DNA of 64,000 nucleotides, from contig RQSC01000021.1 in the NCBI GenBank assembly GCA_013416795.1, positions 1-64,000 of the forward strand. The letters run 5' to 3'. The translations under genes and the position numbers were made by a program. Source of the stretch: Prasinococcaceae sp. CCMP 1430 (Eukaryota > Plantae > Prasinodermophyta). The notes under the pieces are model-generated. The model was given only the letters and a program-made list of their open reading frames with translations, was not told where the DNA came from and searched no databases. Shown here piece after piece: positions 36,459 to 47,504 of the stretch; position 1 is the first letter of the stretch, and the number at the start of each line of letters is the position of its first letter.

Positions 36459-38333
36459 TCACTGGTCGTCCATGCCGCCGCCGTGCTCGAAAAGGTAGCT
36501 GGCAGCAACGTCTGCGTTCCGGTCGCACGCCAGGTACGCCTCCACCGCCGCCTGCTCAGAGAAGCCCATCGCCTGCAATTGCTCGATGGCGTTGCGGTCT
36601 TCCTCCGTGAGCTCGATCGTTGCCATGCCGCCATCCTCGTCCATTCCATCCCCGCCGAGGCTGGCCGCCATCAGGTTCGCCATCTGCTGCTGCTCCTCGG
36701 CGCTCACCGGCTCATTGATAATCCGCAGGAACTCGGCCTGGTTGGAGTTGATGACCTGCAGCAGCGCTGGGTTCTGCTTGCCGAGCTCCTGGAGCATCGG
36801 CTGCAGGATGTTCGGATTGGTCTGCACCATCTGCCGCAGCGCCTGAAACTGCGGGTGCTGGCGGAGGAAGTCGAGAGTGCCGCCAGCGCCAGCGGCTCCC
36901 TCAGCACCGCCCGCGTTGGCGCTCGGGTTCCACATGTTCAACGGCTGGGCGTTGGGGCCGCCAGTAGCGCCCGCAGCGGGAGCACCGGCAGCGGCCGCCG
37001 CGGCCGCCGCGGCGGCAGCAGCCTCCGGCGCCAGGCAGCGACGGCAGCTGCGGCTCCCGCAGCCGCGGCGTCCGGCGCGGCAGCGGGCGCGGCCTGCGCG
37101 GCCTCGAAACCCGCCGGCAGCCCGTTGAACAGGTACTCGACGGCGCGGTCAGGGTTGTTGAAAGCAGCGCGCAGCGCCGTCTTGACAGCTGCCTCGTCCT
37201 GTCCGGTCATGTCCATCAGCTGCTTGACGGTCTCGCTAATAACATCACCAGTGACCATGGTGGACGCGGCGCCGCCGTACGAAGGCGACGCTGCGTTGAT
37301 CGCGGCAGCCGCGTCGGTGGCAGAGGGGGTAGGTGCTGCGGGGGTTGCAGCAGCGTCTGCCTCAGGGGCTTCCGCGCGCTCTGGCGCTGCCGGAGTAGCA
37401 GCAGGAGCAGCCGCCGCTGCAGGGGTCTCAGTCGGCGCAGCCGTGGCCGGTGCAGCGGCCGGCGCGGGGGCGGGGGCGGGGGCCGGCGCGGCGGGCGCGG
37501 CCGCAGCAGCCTTCGGCGCGGCCTTGGCCTTCGAAACCATCACCACGACGAAGCCGCTCTCCGACACGCCAGCCTCTTCCAGCGTCTTCTCGTTGTCCAG
37601 AACCTTGCCTTGGTGAATCAGCTTGAGGCGATCTGCAGCAAAGTCGGCGCCCTTGGCGCCCTCAACAGCCGTCTTCGCGTCGCCCACCTGCACAAAACCC
37701 CACGGCGCGCAGTGTTGCAGGTGTTGGTCAGCACCTCTGCGCGAGAAGAAGAGAGGCGCGCGCGAGTGGGCCTTGGCGAGCCCTGTGCAGCAAAATGCGG
37801 GCAATGTATGCGCTCGCCGGAGCGGCTCGAGCATGCAGCCACTGATCGGCGCGAATACAGCCCCGAACCAGACAAAAGGGCCCGTGCCTCTGCGCCTAGA
37901 CCTTGAGCAGAGCACTGAGACCGCACGCTTTCGCGCGCAAGAGGCACCGCGGCGGCGGCCGCGCCGACGAGCAAGCGCACATTAGCAGCGCGGCAGATCT
38001 CCCGCCGCACGTGCACCTGCGCGCCGCCACGCAGGCTCTGAACGGTCCAGGCGAATCGCGCCGCTTCAAATCGCGCGGACTAGCACACGTCGCCTAAGCG
38101 CCTCCCTCCATTCCCCCCAGGCGTGTGTGCCTCTGCCCGCCCTTAGCCTGGCGCGCTCGGCCCCTGCCAGGGTGGGACAGCGGCATGCGTGTGCGCGGTA
38201 GATCCGGTGCGTGCGCTACACAGCGCGCGCGCGCGCGCCGCGCCGAGCCTCCCCCCGTCGCGCGTACCTTCGCAGAGCCCTCCAGCTCCAAGTGGAACAG
38301 GTCGCCACTGAGCATCTTGAACGCGACCTTCAT
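36459..38333 (-). CDS. RAD23: RAD23 (UBL-UBA-STI1/XPC-binding-UBA); intron 37688-38267; apparent 1-nt frameshift near 37035
   Basis: LKLIHQGKVL, ALRAAFNNPDRAVEYL, GPNAQPL, LDFLR.HPQFQ.LR..VQ.NP..LQPML and AYLACDRN motifs. Confidence 0.93.
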
Positions 38334-38802
38334 CGTGGCTGCCCACAGGGAGGGCAGGGGCGGGGGCGCCTGTGGTGCCTGCGCCGGCGCAGAGCGTGTA
38401 CGCGCGCGCGCGCCTGCGCGCGCGCGCGCGCGCACATGCGCGTGCAGTGCGTTGTTCCTTTAGAGCGCTAATCCGTTAATGATGGGTATATTCGCACGCA
38501 CGTATTCTTCTGCAATGCAATTCGGAGGCTCGGCCCTCCGCGTTTTCCCTCCCGTCCAAAACAGATGTGTCTCCTTTCTTTAGTGCCACCGTCCTCGTAC
38601 ATGAATCGCTTGATGTTGCCGATCAGCGGCGTGCCTGACCGCACAGTGCCCGCCAACTTCCGGTCCCGCGCGGGCTCGTAGCAGGCGGGGCGCGCCTATC
38701 CAGCCGAGCCGGACCGCCGAGCATGTGCTGGGCCATGGCCGTTTCCCGTCAGCGACCACCATCCACCACGTGGTGCCGCCTTGTTGGGATGCACCTCGCC
38801 AC

Positions 38803-40773
38803 TCATGCCACCGGCGGGCCTATAGTCAGGTCCACTGCGACGCCGAAGTGATCCGAGGGCGCCTCACCCCGCACGACGGACATTGGGCACGCGTAGCCAC
38901 CGCTCGTGCCCTGTGCGGTACCGGTCATAGTAGGAGGGGTATTCATGCCGTCTTCGTCATCCCCCTCGGCGGGCGGCGTCGACACATCACCAATGGGCGT
39001 GCGTGGCTCTACGTGAGCGTACCCGACGCCATCGCCGCAGCTGTCCCGCTCGTCCGCGCCAGCAGCCCTTTGCGACGCATCCTGCGGCGGTAAAGGCGAC
39101 GTGAGCGGCGTTGTATACACCTCCCGCGACTCATTGCCCGCCTCCGCCTGCCCTGCCTGTATGGGGTCCCCGCCCTGCCCTTCCGGCAGGCCGATTAGTT
39201 CTGCCTTGGATACTCCCACGCAGCAAGCGCCGCGAGCCACGAGCACGCGGTCCAGACGCTGCGCAGGGAGGTGCATCTGCGAGCGGCCGATGAGCGCGTT
39301 TCGAGAGGGGTCGAAAGTGACGCCGTCCGCATCGGTGCCGCCGGCCTGCAGCCACGCGTCTATCCATGGAGCGAGCGCGAGAGCACTGCCTGCGCCCGCT
39401 TCGTGCACGCCGGTCCCATTGACGGCAGCGCCGAGCCCGGCATCCGCGTCGGCGAGCACGATCCGCATGTCAGGCGCAGGTGTCACCCAGTTGAAGTCGC
39501 CCAGCAGCACAGCCGCGCCGCTTGACGCTTCGGCGTTGGCCTCGCGGAGGAGCCACACCGAGCGCCGCAACTGCTCCCGCCGCAGCGCCCAGCAGGTGTC
39601 GCCGCTGTGCACAGACTCGAAGTGGCTCGTGCCCACCAGGATCGAATGCCGCATCGATGGCGGGTGCACTCGGGCACACAGCAGGCCCCGATCCATCCTG
39701 GAGCGAAATTCCAGGTACTGGCCACCCTCCTCTGGGGCGCTCTGAGTCGCGCAGCTGCCGCCTTGCCCCGAGCCAGCGCGCGGCGCGGCGGCATTCTCGC
39801 CATCCTGGCTGGCGCCGGGCCGCCGCTCAGGCACTGGCACCTGCAGTGGCCATCGACTGAGGAGGCCCACGAAGTAGTCAGGCTCCCAGTCCGTCATCTT
39901 CTCGGCGGGTGGTTGCAGCAGGCGGTGCGGGTAGCTGGCCCAAAATTCGGGCTGCTCATAGCGCATGCGCCGCAGCATGCCATGTGTGAGCTCCTGCAGC
40001 GCGATCACGTCCGCATTCGCTCGGCGTAGCGCGTCAACAACAGCAGCGACGCGCTCGGTGGTGACGCGCTCCATCCACACGTTGTACGTGACGATACGTA
40101 AGGACGGCAGATCTAGCCCCACGGCACCTTGCGTGTGCTGCGACCCGCACATAGGGACGTGCGCCAGCGCCGCATCACATGACTCGTCGGGGAAGCGAAA
40201 GGGCGCGACGGCCGAGCTGGTCCAGTTTTCTGCTGGGGCGCCGCCTGCGGCAGCGCCGACAGCGACCGGCTCGAGGCCAAAAGGAGATGCACAGCCACCA
40301 CCCTCGCCGTGGTCGGAGTCGGCGTCATTGTCCAAGAAAAGGCGGTTGCCAATGCGCGCGAATGACTTTTCAGCGCCGCCCGCCTCGAAGTCGTCGCTGG
40401 TTCCCCAGCCGTCCTCGTCGCCGCTGTCGTGAAATAGACGCGTCCCACCACCGCAAGCGCGATCTTCTGAGAGGCGCGCGCGCTTCCGTCCATCCACGCC
40501 GCCGCCGCCGCCGCCGCCAGGGCCGCAGCCCGTGGCATCGGCCATGGTCACGGACTGGGGCGCGACAACTCGCAGCACGTCCTCGATGCCTTCGGCAGGC
40601 TCTGGCGCTTCCCTCGCAGAAGGCGAGATCTCACGGGACGCGGGCGCAAACGCTGCAGCGCTGGGGGCGACGGCGACAGCAGCAGCAGCAGCCTCGGCGG
40701 CGAGCACGCGGCCCTTCCTCTCCTCGGTGTCCTCATCCCGCAGCTTCTGCCGCCTTCCGCGCGGCCTCCCCAT
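38803..40773 (-). CDS. EEP-family phosphodiesterase, TDP2-like
   Basis: TYNVW, DVIALQE, TSHFES, GDFN, DAW...G.TFD, RLDRV and PSDHFG catalytic motifs. Confidence 0.82.
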   Translation of the reverse strand: MGRPRGRRQKLRDEDTEERKGRVLAAEAAAAAVAVAPSAAAFAPASREISPSAREAPEPAEGIEDVLRVVAPQSVTMADATGCGPGGGGGGGVDGRKRARLSEDRACGGGTRLFHDSGDEDGWGTSDDFEAGGAEKSFARIGNRLFLDNDADSDHGEGGGCASPFGLEPVAVGAAAGGAPAENWTSSAVAPFRFPDESCDAALAHVPMCGSQHTQGAVGLDLPSLRIVTYNVWMERVTTERVAAVVDALRRANADVIALQELTHGMLRRMRYEQPEFWASYPHRLLQPPAEKMTDWEPDYFVGLLSRWPLQVPVPERRPGASQDGENAAAPRAGSGQGGSCATQSAPEEGGQYLEFRSRMDRGLLCARVHPPSMRHSILVGTSHFESVHSGDTCWALRREQLRRSVWLLREANAEASSGAAVLLGDFNWVTPAPDMRIVLADADAGLGAAVNGTGVHEAGAGSALALAPWIDAWLQAGGTDADGVTFDPSRNALIGRSQMHLPAQRLDRVLVARGACCVGVSKAELIGLPEGQGGDPIQAGQAEAGNESREVYTTPLTSPLPPQDASQRAAGADERDSCGDGVGYAHVEPRTPIGDVSTPPAEGDDEDGMNTPPTMTGTAQGTSGGYACPMSVVRGEAPSDHFGVAVDLTIGPPVA

Positions 40774-41496
40774 TTGGCCCGCGCCGCGCCGCCCGCAATG
40801 CGCCGCCCCCTCGGCCGCGTGCCCGCACAAGGTTGGCGTGGCGCCGGCGCGTGCGCGCGTGCGCGTGCAGCGCCACCCCCCTTCCCCCGCTCCCTCCGTT
40901 CCGTTGATCTCCCGCCCTCCCACCTCCCCCGCGGCCGTCCCCCCCAAGCCCCTGCAGCGCAGCGCCATGCTTTTTCTTCCTGCGCGCAGTCTGGCGCCTG
41001 GGCGCGCGGCCGCCGCGCATTCGCGTTCATTCGCGCTCGCTCGCCCGCGCGCGCGCGCGCGCCGGCGAGCGAGCGGCGCGTCTGCCGATTTCGATTTCGA
41101 AACGCCGCCGCCCGTCCCCGTTCCCGTTCCTGTTCCGCTCTCGCGCGCGCCGGCCAGCCTGCCGGAGCAAGCCAGGCCGAGCTACCGAAAAGACTCATTT
41201 TATGGCATCGCGTCTGGGTCCAGCCAATAGTCGGCGTGGATCTGTGGAGCTGGCCCGGGCGGGCCCGGAGGGCGACGGCCCCCCCATCCATGGCGTGGGC
41301 GCCCGCGGCGCCCCCGATCCGCGGCATGCGGCGGGCCGGCGAGCGCTGGGGGCGCGAGCGCCTGTCTGCAGGCGCTCGCGGCGACCGCAGGTCGCCTCTC
41401 GCACTCGCGCCTCGCGCCCCCCGCCCGTGCGTGCGCCCGTCGCCGACGCCCGCGCCGGCGGAGAAAGGCAGAGGGCGGGAGTAGCGCGGGGGCGCG

Positions 41497-42115
41497 ATGT
41501 CGTTTGCGAGCTCGGGGGGAGCGCGCGGCGCGCCCGCGCTGCCGCCGGAGAAGGGCGTCTTTCCGCTGGATCACTTTGCAGAGGTGAGCACCGGCGGGGC
41601 TGCGGGGGCGCGCGCACGCGCGCTGCGACCGCCCGCGCGTGCGTGCTCCGCTAACGAGGAGCGCCGCGCTCACTGCTAAATGCATGGCGCCGGCGAGCTC
41701 AGTGCAAGGAAGGAATGCGCAAATACGTGGCGTGCCTCAAGGAGCATGGCAATAACGGCGCCGACAGGGAATGCCGAGCGCTCGCGAAGGGGTACCTACA
41801 GTGCCGCATGGACCAGTGCGTCGGAGCGCCGCGCGCGAGCACGCACCGCCGCCGACCGTCCGCCTTTGGCGCGCTGCTTGAAGGCGATGAATATTGCGTC
41901 GCCGCGTGAACCATCTGACTCGCTCCGCTCCTCGCGCACACGCGTGCGCGCATGCAAGCCAACTCATGGCGGAGCAAGACCTCGACCAACTTGGCTACAG
42001 CGCTGCGTCGGACGAGCGCGCGGTCCGTCCGCTGGGCGTCGACTCGGAGGTGGCTAAAGTCAAGACAGGATTCGTCGCGGGGCTGCCTGCGGACATGAAG
42101 AAAGAGAGCTCCTGA
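41497..42115 (+). CDS. COX19: Cytochrome c oxidase assembly factor COX19; introns 41584-41702 and 41816-41958
   Basis: PPEKGVFPLDH..EC, twin CX9C, YLQCRMD and LMA..DL..LG motifs. Confidence 0.93.
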
Positions 42116-42163
42116 GCCTGTAACATTGTGACCATATGTACCCGCGCGGGAGACTAGACTACA

Positions 42164-43265
42164 TTACATGCCCGGCAGGCCCGCGTCCTGAAGGCCGGGC
42201 GGCGCGAACGAATCTGGAAGCACGCGGTGCATGAACTCGTCGCAGGATATGCCGTCGCCATTTGGGTCCCACTCGGACATGAGCGCCGCAAGCTGCGCGT
42301 CGTCCAGGTACACGGCAAAGGTCTCGAGCAGCCGCCTGATCTCCGAGGCGGTCACCCTGCCGTCTTTGTTTGTGTCGAGCACCTTGAAGGCACGCCGCGC
42401 GAGGCCATTGGCGTGACGCGTACGCGCGGCGAGCTTCTCACGCACGAGCTCGGCGAGCGTTACGTACCGCCCTGCGACCGTCAGCCGCGGTACGCCCGCC
42501 GCTTCGAGCCGCGACGCCTCCGCGTCGCGCACCACCCAACCGGAGCGAATCGTGGGCGCGGCGAGCGCCTCCGGCGAAGCGTTGAATTTGTCGGGCAGCA
42601 CCGCGCGCGCGAACTCGACGTAGTCGAGCGCGCCATTGCCGTCCGTGTCGAAAGCCCTCACGACGCTCGCCAACTGCTCGTCCGACAGAAAAATATTGCG
42701 GCGAACCAGAAAGTCCTGAACCTCCTTGGCCCTCACATATCCAGTGCCTTCTGCGTCAACCTTGCGGAACTCGCGCACGATGTATGACACGTTCGCACCG
42801 CGCCGAGCCTCGAGACGCTGGCGCAGGGCCTCGGCGAGGGGCACCTCGGCGCGGCCGTCGACGATTACTGTGGGCAAACCGTACTCGTCTTGACCTTTGA
42901 ATGGGTTCGCCAGAGGCGCGCGGTCCGCCAGCGCATCCTCCGAGAACTCCGCGTGCGAGGTCACCTCCCTTTCGGCGCGCAGTGCGTCAGCGGCACGCGC
43001 GGTGTGGCGCGCGCCTGCTGGGCGCAGTACAGGGAGCGACTGTCGCCGGGCGCGGCATTGTCGACAGATTCACAGGTGGCGATGGATGCGGTGCGGGAGA
43101 CACGACTGCGCGCTCTTGCACGAGAGAGAGAGCGCACGCGCGCGCACGCGCGCGCTGGGGGGCGTGCACGTACCAGTGCGAGGTTGACTGCACCTTGCAA
43201 CCGAGCGTCACCGCGGACGTAAACTTGAGCGCCGACGTGCCCTCGCCTCCGGAGCTGAGCACCAT
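42164..43265 (-). CDS. EF-hand protein with two EF-hand pairs; intron 42969-43173
   Basis: DAEGTGYV, DTDGNGALDYVEF, DTNKDGRVT..E and DPNGDGISCDEF loops. The upstream exon splices in phase. Confidence 0.8.
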
Positions 43266-43673
43266 CGCTCCGCGCGGCGGCCTCACGCGCTGCCTGCTGC
43301 ACCTGGAGTGGCGCACCCACCTCTGCGCTGCGCTTGGACTGTGTCGCACCGCGCCGCGCACAAGGGCATGCGAGGGCGTGCGAGGGCGCTCCCTGTGCGC
43401 GCCCTTGGGGGAACGCGACGGTTCTGTCGCGGCGCGAAAATTTCTGCGCATTCATTCTGACCTGCGTTCGCACGTCTCGCCGTTGTGGCGGTTTGAACGT
43501 TTGAAGTTTGAACCTGTGCTGCGGTTGAAGCATTTCCACGGCAAAAATTGTTTACGATGGCCGATGGGCCGTGGGCTCATGGCGCCGTGTGGGCCTTGTG
43601 CGCGGCCCACAGGCCGCGAATGCGGGGCTGACAAGCGCGTCCGTCGAGCTCGCCGTCTGTCCGTGGCAAACCA

Positions 43674-44192
43674 TCAATTCGAAGCTGTCCACAGATCCTC
43701 TCCGCCCGGCAGTTGCCACGCGTGGCCCATTCTGCGCTTGCCCCTGTTGTCCCAGATTTTGTTGAAATGCTCGAAGCCGCCAAGCAGCTCCGCCGCGTCG
43801 ACTCCGAGCTCGTGAGCTGCGGCAGTGGCCGCTCTTGCCATCTCCTGGTCCGCATTTGAGTCGGCCATGATGACACAACCGGGGGCGCCACACTCGGTGA
43901 GGAGCGAGGGCAGCTCAGCTGAGAAGGCCTCGATGCGCTCCTCTGTCACCCTGTCAAGGCCGAATCCTGTGACGACACAGGCCGGCACGTTCTTCGCCTC
44001 CCGGTATGTCTCCCTCTCCGAGATTTTGCTGTCCCGCACATCGACGAGCAGCCAGCCGCTGTTCATGAGCAACATGGCTTTGTCTGCGTCAAGTTGTTCC
44101 CAAGGCACGGCCTCCTCCTCCTCAACGGGCTCCACGATGTCGAGGCCGAGTTTGGCTCGCCGCGCGCGCTCCTCTGCAGCTGCTGCGCGCAT
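43674..44192 (-). CDS. Rhodanese-like domain; probably the C-terminus of the upstream Rca-like gene
   Basis: WLLVDVRD...E....A.NVP and L.GGF..F motifs. The active-site loop position reads VIMADS, with no Cys. Confidence 0.75.
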   Translation of the reverse strand: MRAAAAEERARRAKLGLDIVEPVEEEEAVPWEQLDADKAMLLMNSGWLLVDVRDSKISERETYREAKNVPACVVTGFGLDRVTEERIEAFSAELPSLLTECGAPGCVIMADSNADQEMARAATAAAHELGVDAAELLGGFEHFNKIWDNRGKRRMGHAWQLPGGEDLWTASN

Positions 44193-45619
44193 CGCGCGCG
44201 CTCAGCGCGGCGCGTGCCTCGGGGCTCTCCGCCGCTGCCGATGACGCCTCTGCCGCTGTCCTGCGCGCCACCTCCGCCAGCTCCCGCTCCCGCTTGGCTG
44301 CGTCCTGCGCCGCGTACTCCGCCTCGAGCCGCGCGGCCTCCTCCTCTGACTCTAGATTCTTGAAGTACTCGCGAGAGAGCGCATTGTCAAGCACGTGCTG
44401 CTGCTCGGCGACCAGGGCGTCGCACTCGCGCAACATCGCCTCGCGGTCGACACTTACACCGCCCGCGCCCCCCCATGCTGTGGACACCCCGCGTCGTCTG
44501 TCGTAGCTCCGCATGATGCTGTGCGTCACAGGCTCCAGAGAGCTGCTGCCAGTGCCACCCACCTGGGAGAATATCCACGCGCGCACGGCGGAATCTACGC
44601 ACCGCGAGCGAGCCGCGCCGAAAAAGTCCAGCGACTGTCGAGGGTGTGCGCGCACGATGGCCTCAGCGTCATCCTGCGTGAGCGTCGCCACTACGTCGCT
44701 CTCATCCCCAGCAGCCGCGAAGGTGGCCGCAAGCATTTCAGCCTTCTCGTCGACTGTCGGCTCCCAGAAGAATTTATCCATGCGACCATCGCGCAGCAGT
44801 GGTGCGTACACGCGCCCGAGATCGTTTCCAGTGACAACGATAGGCACACGCGGGCACCGCGCCTCTGCCGCGAGGCCACCGCGCACGCGTGTCGGGTCAT
44901 CGCAGATTGCCATCAGCTCCGCGCTGGCATTCTGCGTGTTGACTGTCGCCTGCGTTTGCTGCTGTCTCCCGAGGCCTGCGTCGATGTCCGAAATGACGAG
45001 GATGGCAGTGGTGCCTTCATTGGCGACGCAGTCGGCGGCTGCTCTGTATCGGTCGCGGATGCGCTCCGCGACTCCGCCGGCCCACTCGTCCTCGAGCTCA
45101 CCGGCACTGAGCGAAACGACGCGCACGCCCATCTGCGCTGCCGCGAGCTCCAGGTTGAACGTCTTGCCGCAGCCCTTGGCGCCCCATATACCCATGATCA
45201 GAGGCACGCGCCCGCCCACGGCGTCCATCAGATAGTTCCGCGCAATGTGCAGCGCGAGACGGTCGCGGAAGCGCTGGGGCACGACGAGGCCTTGCGCCCA
45301 CGCGGCGCTCTCGCGTACGTCGCGCACAGTGGCAGCGCGCTCGCGAAAGTCCACGCTCGCGGCGTCCGCGTTGACGCCCATGACGCCCTCGCCCTTGAAG
45401 AGCTCCTCGGTCACGCCACTCGCCTGCGATAGAATGAAGTCCTGCCCGCCGATGACGCCCTGGCTGGCCCACTCGTCGACCGCCGCGCGGCAAACGTGTC
45501 GCTGGCGCGCGAGCCGCCGCGCGCGGCACATCCCGCTCCCCGCCGCACGCGGCGCGCGCGGCGAGCGCTGCTGCCGCAGCGGTGCCCGCCGGCGCCGCAG
45601 CGCACCCGCGCGCGCCCAT
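44193..45619 (-). CDS. Rubisco-activase-like AAA+ ATPase (Rca2-type); start uncertain (ATG at 45531 or 45619)
   Basis: VPLIMGIWG.KG.GKTF, SAGELE.EWAG, I.DIDAG.GR, TVN.Q...LM.ICD.P, RVPI.VTGND...YAPLLRDGRMDKF.W.P and Q.LDFFGA.RSR motifs. Confidence 0.92.
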
Positions 45620-46127
45620 CTCCCCACCCCGCTTTCCCCGCCCGGCCCCCACGCTGCGCCCACCACAGACGCACAGGGGCGCGGCGAGTGGCACACCGGC
45701 GGTGCGCACGTGAGCCACCAGTTCGGACCTCGGATCGCGCGGCGGAGCGAAGTGCCCTCTGGGCACAGTGCACTCGCAACCAAAAAAAAAAAAAAGGAGC
45801 ATCACATCAGGTAAGTCCAGGTGCAGCCGGCGGCCTGCGCAGCGCGACAGCACAGTTCATTTCGCAGGCATTTTTTTTTGGCGTGCGGCGGCCGTCTTGG
45901 GGGAGGGGGGGGGGAGGGGGGGGGCCGCGTCCGCGGCCCGCCGCCACTCGGCACGCGGCGCGAGTCGCCCTGCGGGGCTCCGACCTCCCCGCACCCTCTG
46001 TAAGCTTCTCTGCGCGCGTGCTCCTTTCGAGCGAGCGGGTGGACGGGCGAGCGACGCTTTCCCGAGCGGGCTAGACGGGACCGGCGAGCAGCGTCCACCG
46101 CGGGTTGGCCCCTCCCCGCCTGCCGCC

Positions 46128-47447
46128 ATGTCGTCCAAGGGCATGGCCTTCCTCAACAAAAAGTCGTGGCACACGGGCGGCTTCAAGGCGCGCGAGAGAG
46201 TGTGGAAGAAGGAGCAGGAGAAGGCCGCTGAGGACGCCAAGACTCGCGAGCTCGCCCGGCAGCTCGCCGACGAGCGCGCGCGCAAGGAAGTCGCCGACCA
46301 GGCAGCTGCCGCGGGCTATGGGGGCGCCGCGAAACCCGAGCGCGTCGACTTCCTCTACGACGACGCGGGCGCCATGCAGCGCGAGCAGGCGCAGGATGAG
46401 TACCTGCTTGGAAAGGCGTGGGAGCCTAAGAAGGACGAGGCGACCCTCGCGAAGCCAAATCTGGCCAAGGGGGAGACCACCGGCATGGCGGGCGGCGACA
46501 GCGGAGGCGCGGGCGGCGGCGGTGCGGGGGGCTTCTCGCAGCCCACTGCGAACGAGCAGTGGGCGCGCATGCACGCTGACCCGCTCATGGCGATCAAGCA
46601 GCGCGAGCAGCAGCTGAGGCAGCAGGTGCGGGCAAATCCAGTGCAGATGCGTGACATTCGTCGCGAGGCTGAGCGAGAGATCGCAGAGCGCACAGACCAT
46701 CGGCGCGAGCGCAGGCGTGACAGGAAGGATTCCAAGCGCTCCCACCGTGAACGAGAACGCGACGTCAGAGGCGAGCGCCGCTCCCGGCGCAGTCGGAGCC
46801 GCAGCCGCTCGCCCAGCCGTGGCAGCACCCGCCATAGGCATCACAAGCACCATCACAGGCGCAGCGAGCGCGAGCGCGATGAGGAGAGGCGCGACAGGCA
46901 TCGCCGGGGCAACCGCCGCCGTCACAGCCGCAGCCGCAGCCGCAGCCGCAGCCGCAGCAGGACCCCACCTCGCGCTTCGACGCCAGAGGATGCGCCCGCG
47001 CCCACGTCGACTGCCGACCCCCTGCCAGCTCCCGTGCGTGACGCCGCATCTGTGCAGCCAAAGGGCACCGGCTACGGCCTCACCTTTGCCTCAGGGGAGG
47101 CAGAAGACATTGCGAGGCGTAACGCGCTAGAAACGGCCAAGAGGGCGGCCGCGGTGGCCGCAAAGCGCGTGCAGGCGGAGGCACGGGCGCGCTTGGAGGA
47201 ATCTGGCACGGGTGAGGGCGCCGCACCTGCGCAGAGCCGTGGCCCGCTGACCGCCGCGGAGAAGGCTGCCCGCCTGGCGGAGATGCAGGGTGCCGCCGCC
47301 GCGCGCAACCAGCTGGTGGCGAGCCGCCTGCAGGCAGAGCGCGAGAGCAGCGCCAGAGAGTCTGCGATCGCGGCAGCTGCAGCGCCGCCCAGCACCGACA
47401 AGGAGTCCTTCATTGACGCGCAGGCAAAGGCGATGTTTCGCTTTTGA
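46128..47447 (+). CDS. CWC25: Pre-mRNA splicing factor CWC25
   Basis: FLNKKSWHTG...ERVW..EQ, ERVDFLY, DEYLLGK and DPL.AIK..EQ motifs, plus an RS-rich region. Confidence 0.92.
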   Translation: MSSKGMAFLNKKSWHTGGFKARERVWKKEQEKAAEDAKTRELARQLADERARKEVADQAAAAGYGGAAKPERVDFLYDDAGAMQREQAQDEYLLGKAWEPKKDEATLAKPNLAKGETTGMAGGDSGGAGGGGAGGFSQPTANEQWARMHADPLMAIKQREQQLRQQVRANPVQMRDIRREAEREIAERTDHRRERRRDRKDSKRSHRERERDVRGERRSRRSRSRSRSPSRGSTRHRHHKHHHRRSERERDEERRDRHRRGNRRRHSRSRSRSRSRSRTPPRASTPEDAPAPTSTADPLPAPVRDAASVQPKGTGYGLTFASGEAEDIARRNALETAKRAAAVAAKRVQAEARARLEESGTGEGAAPAQSRGPLTAAEKAARLAEMQGAAAARNQLVASRLQAERESSARESAIAAAAAPPSTDKESFIDAQAKAMFRF

Positions 47448-47504
47448 CATCTTGTACACGTACACTAATATACACAGTTTTTTACCGCACTTTGCAAGCG
47501 GCGC

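Noticed and set aside
46921-46960. (CGCAGC)n repeat
   Set aside because: It simply encodes the RS dipeptide region of CWC25.
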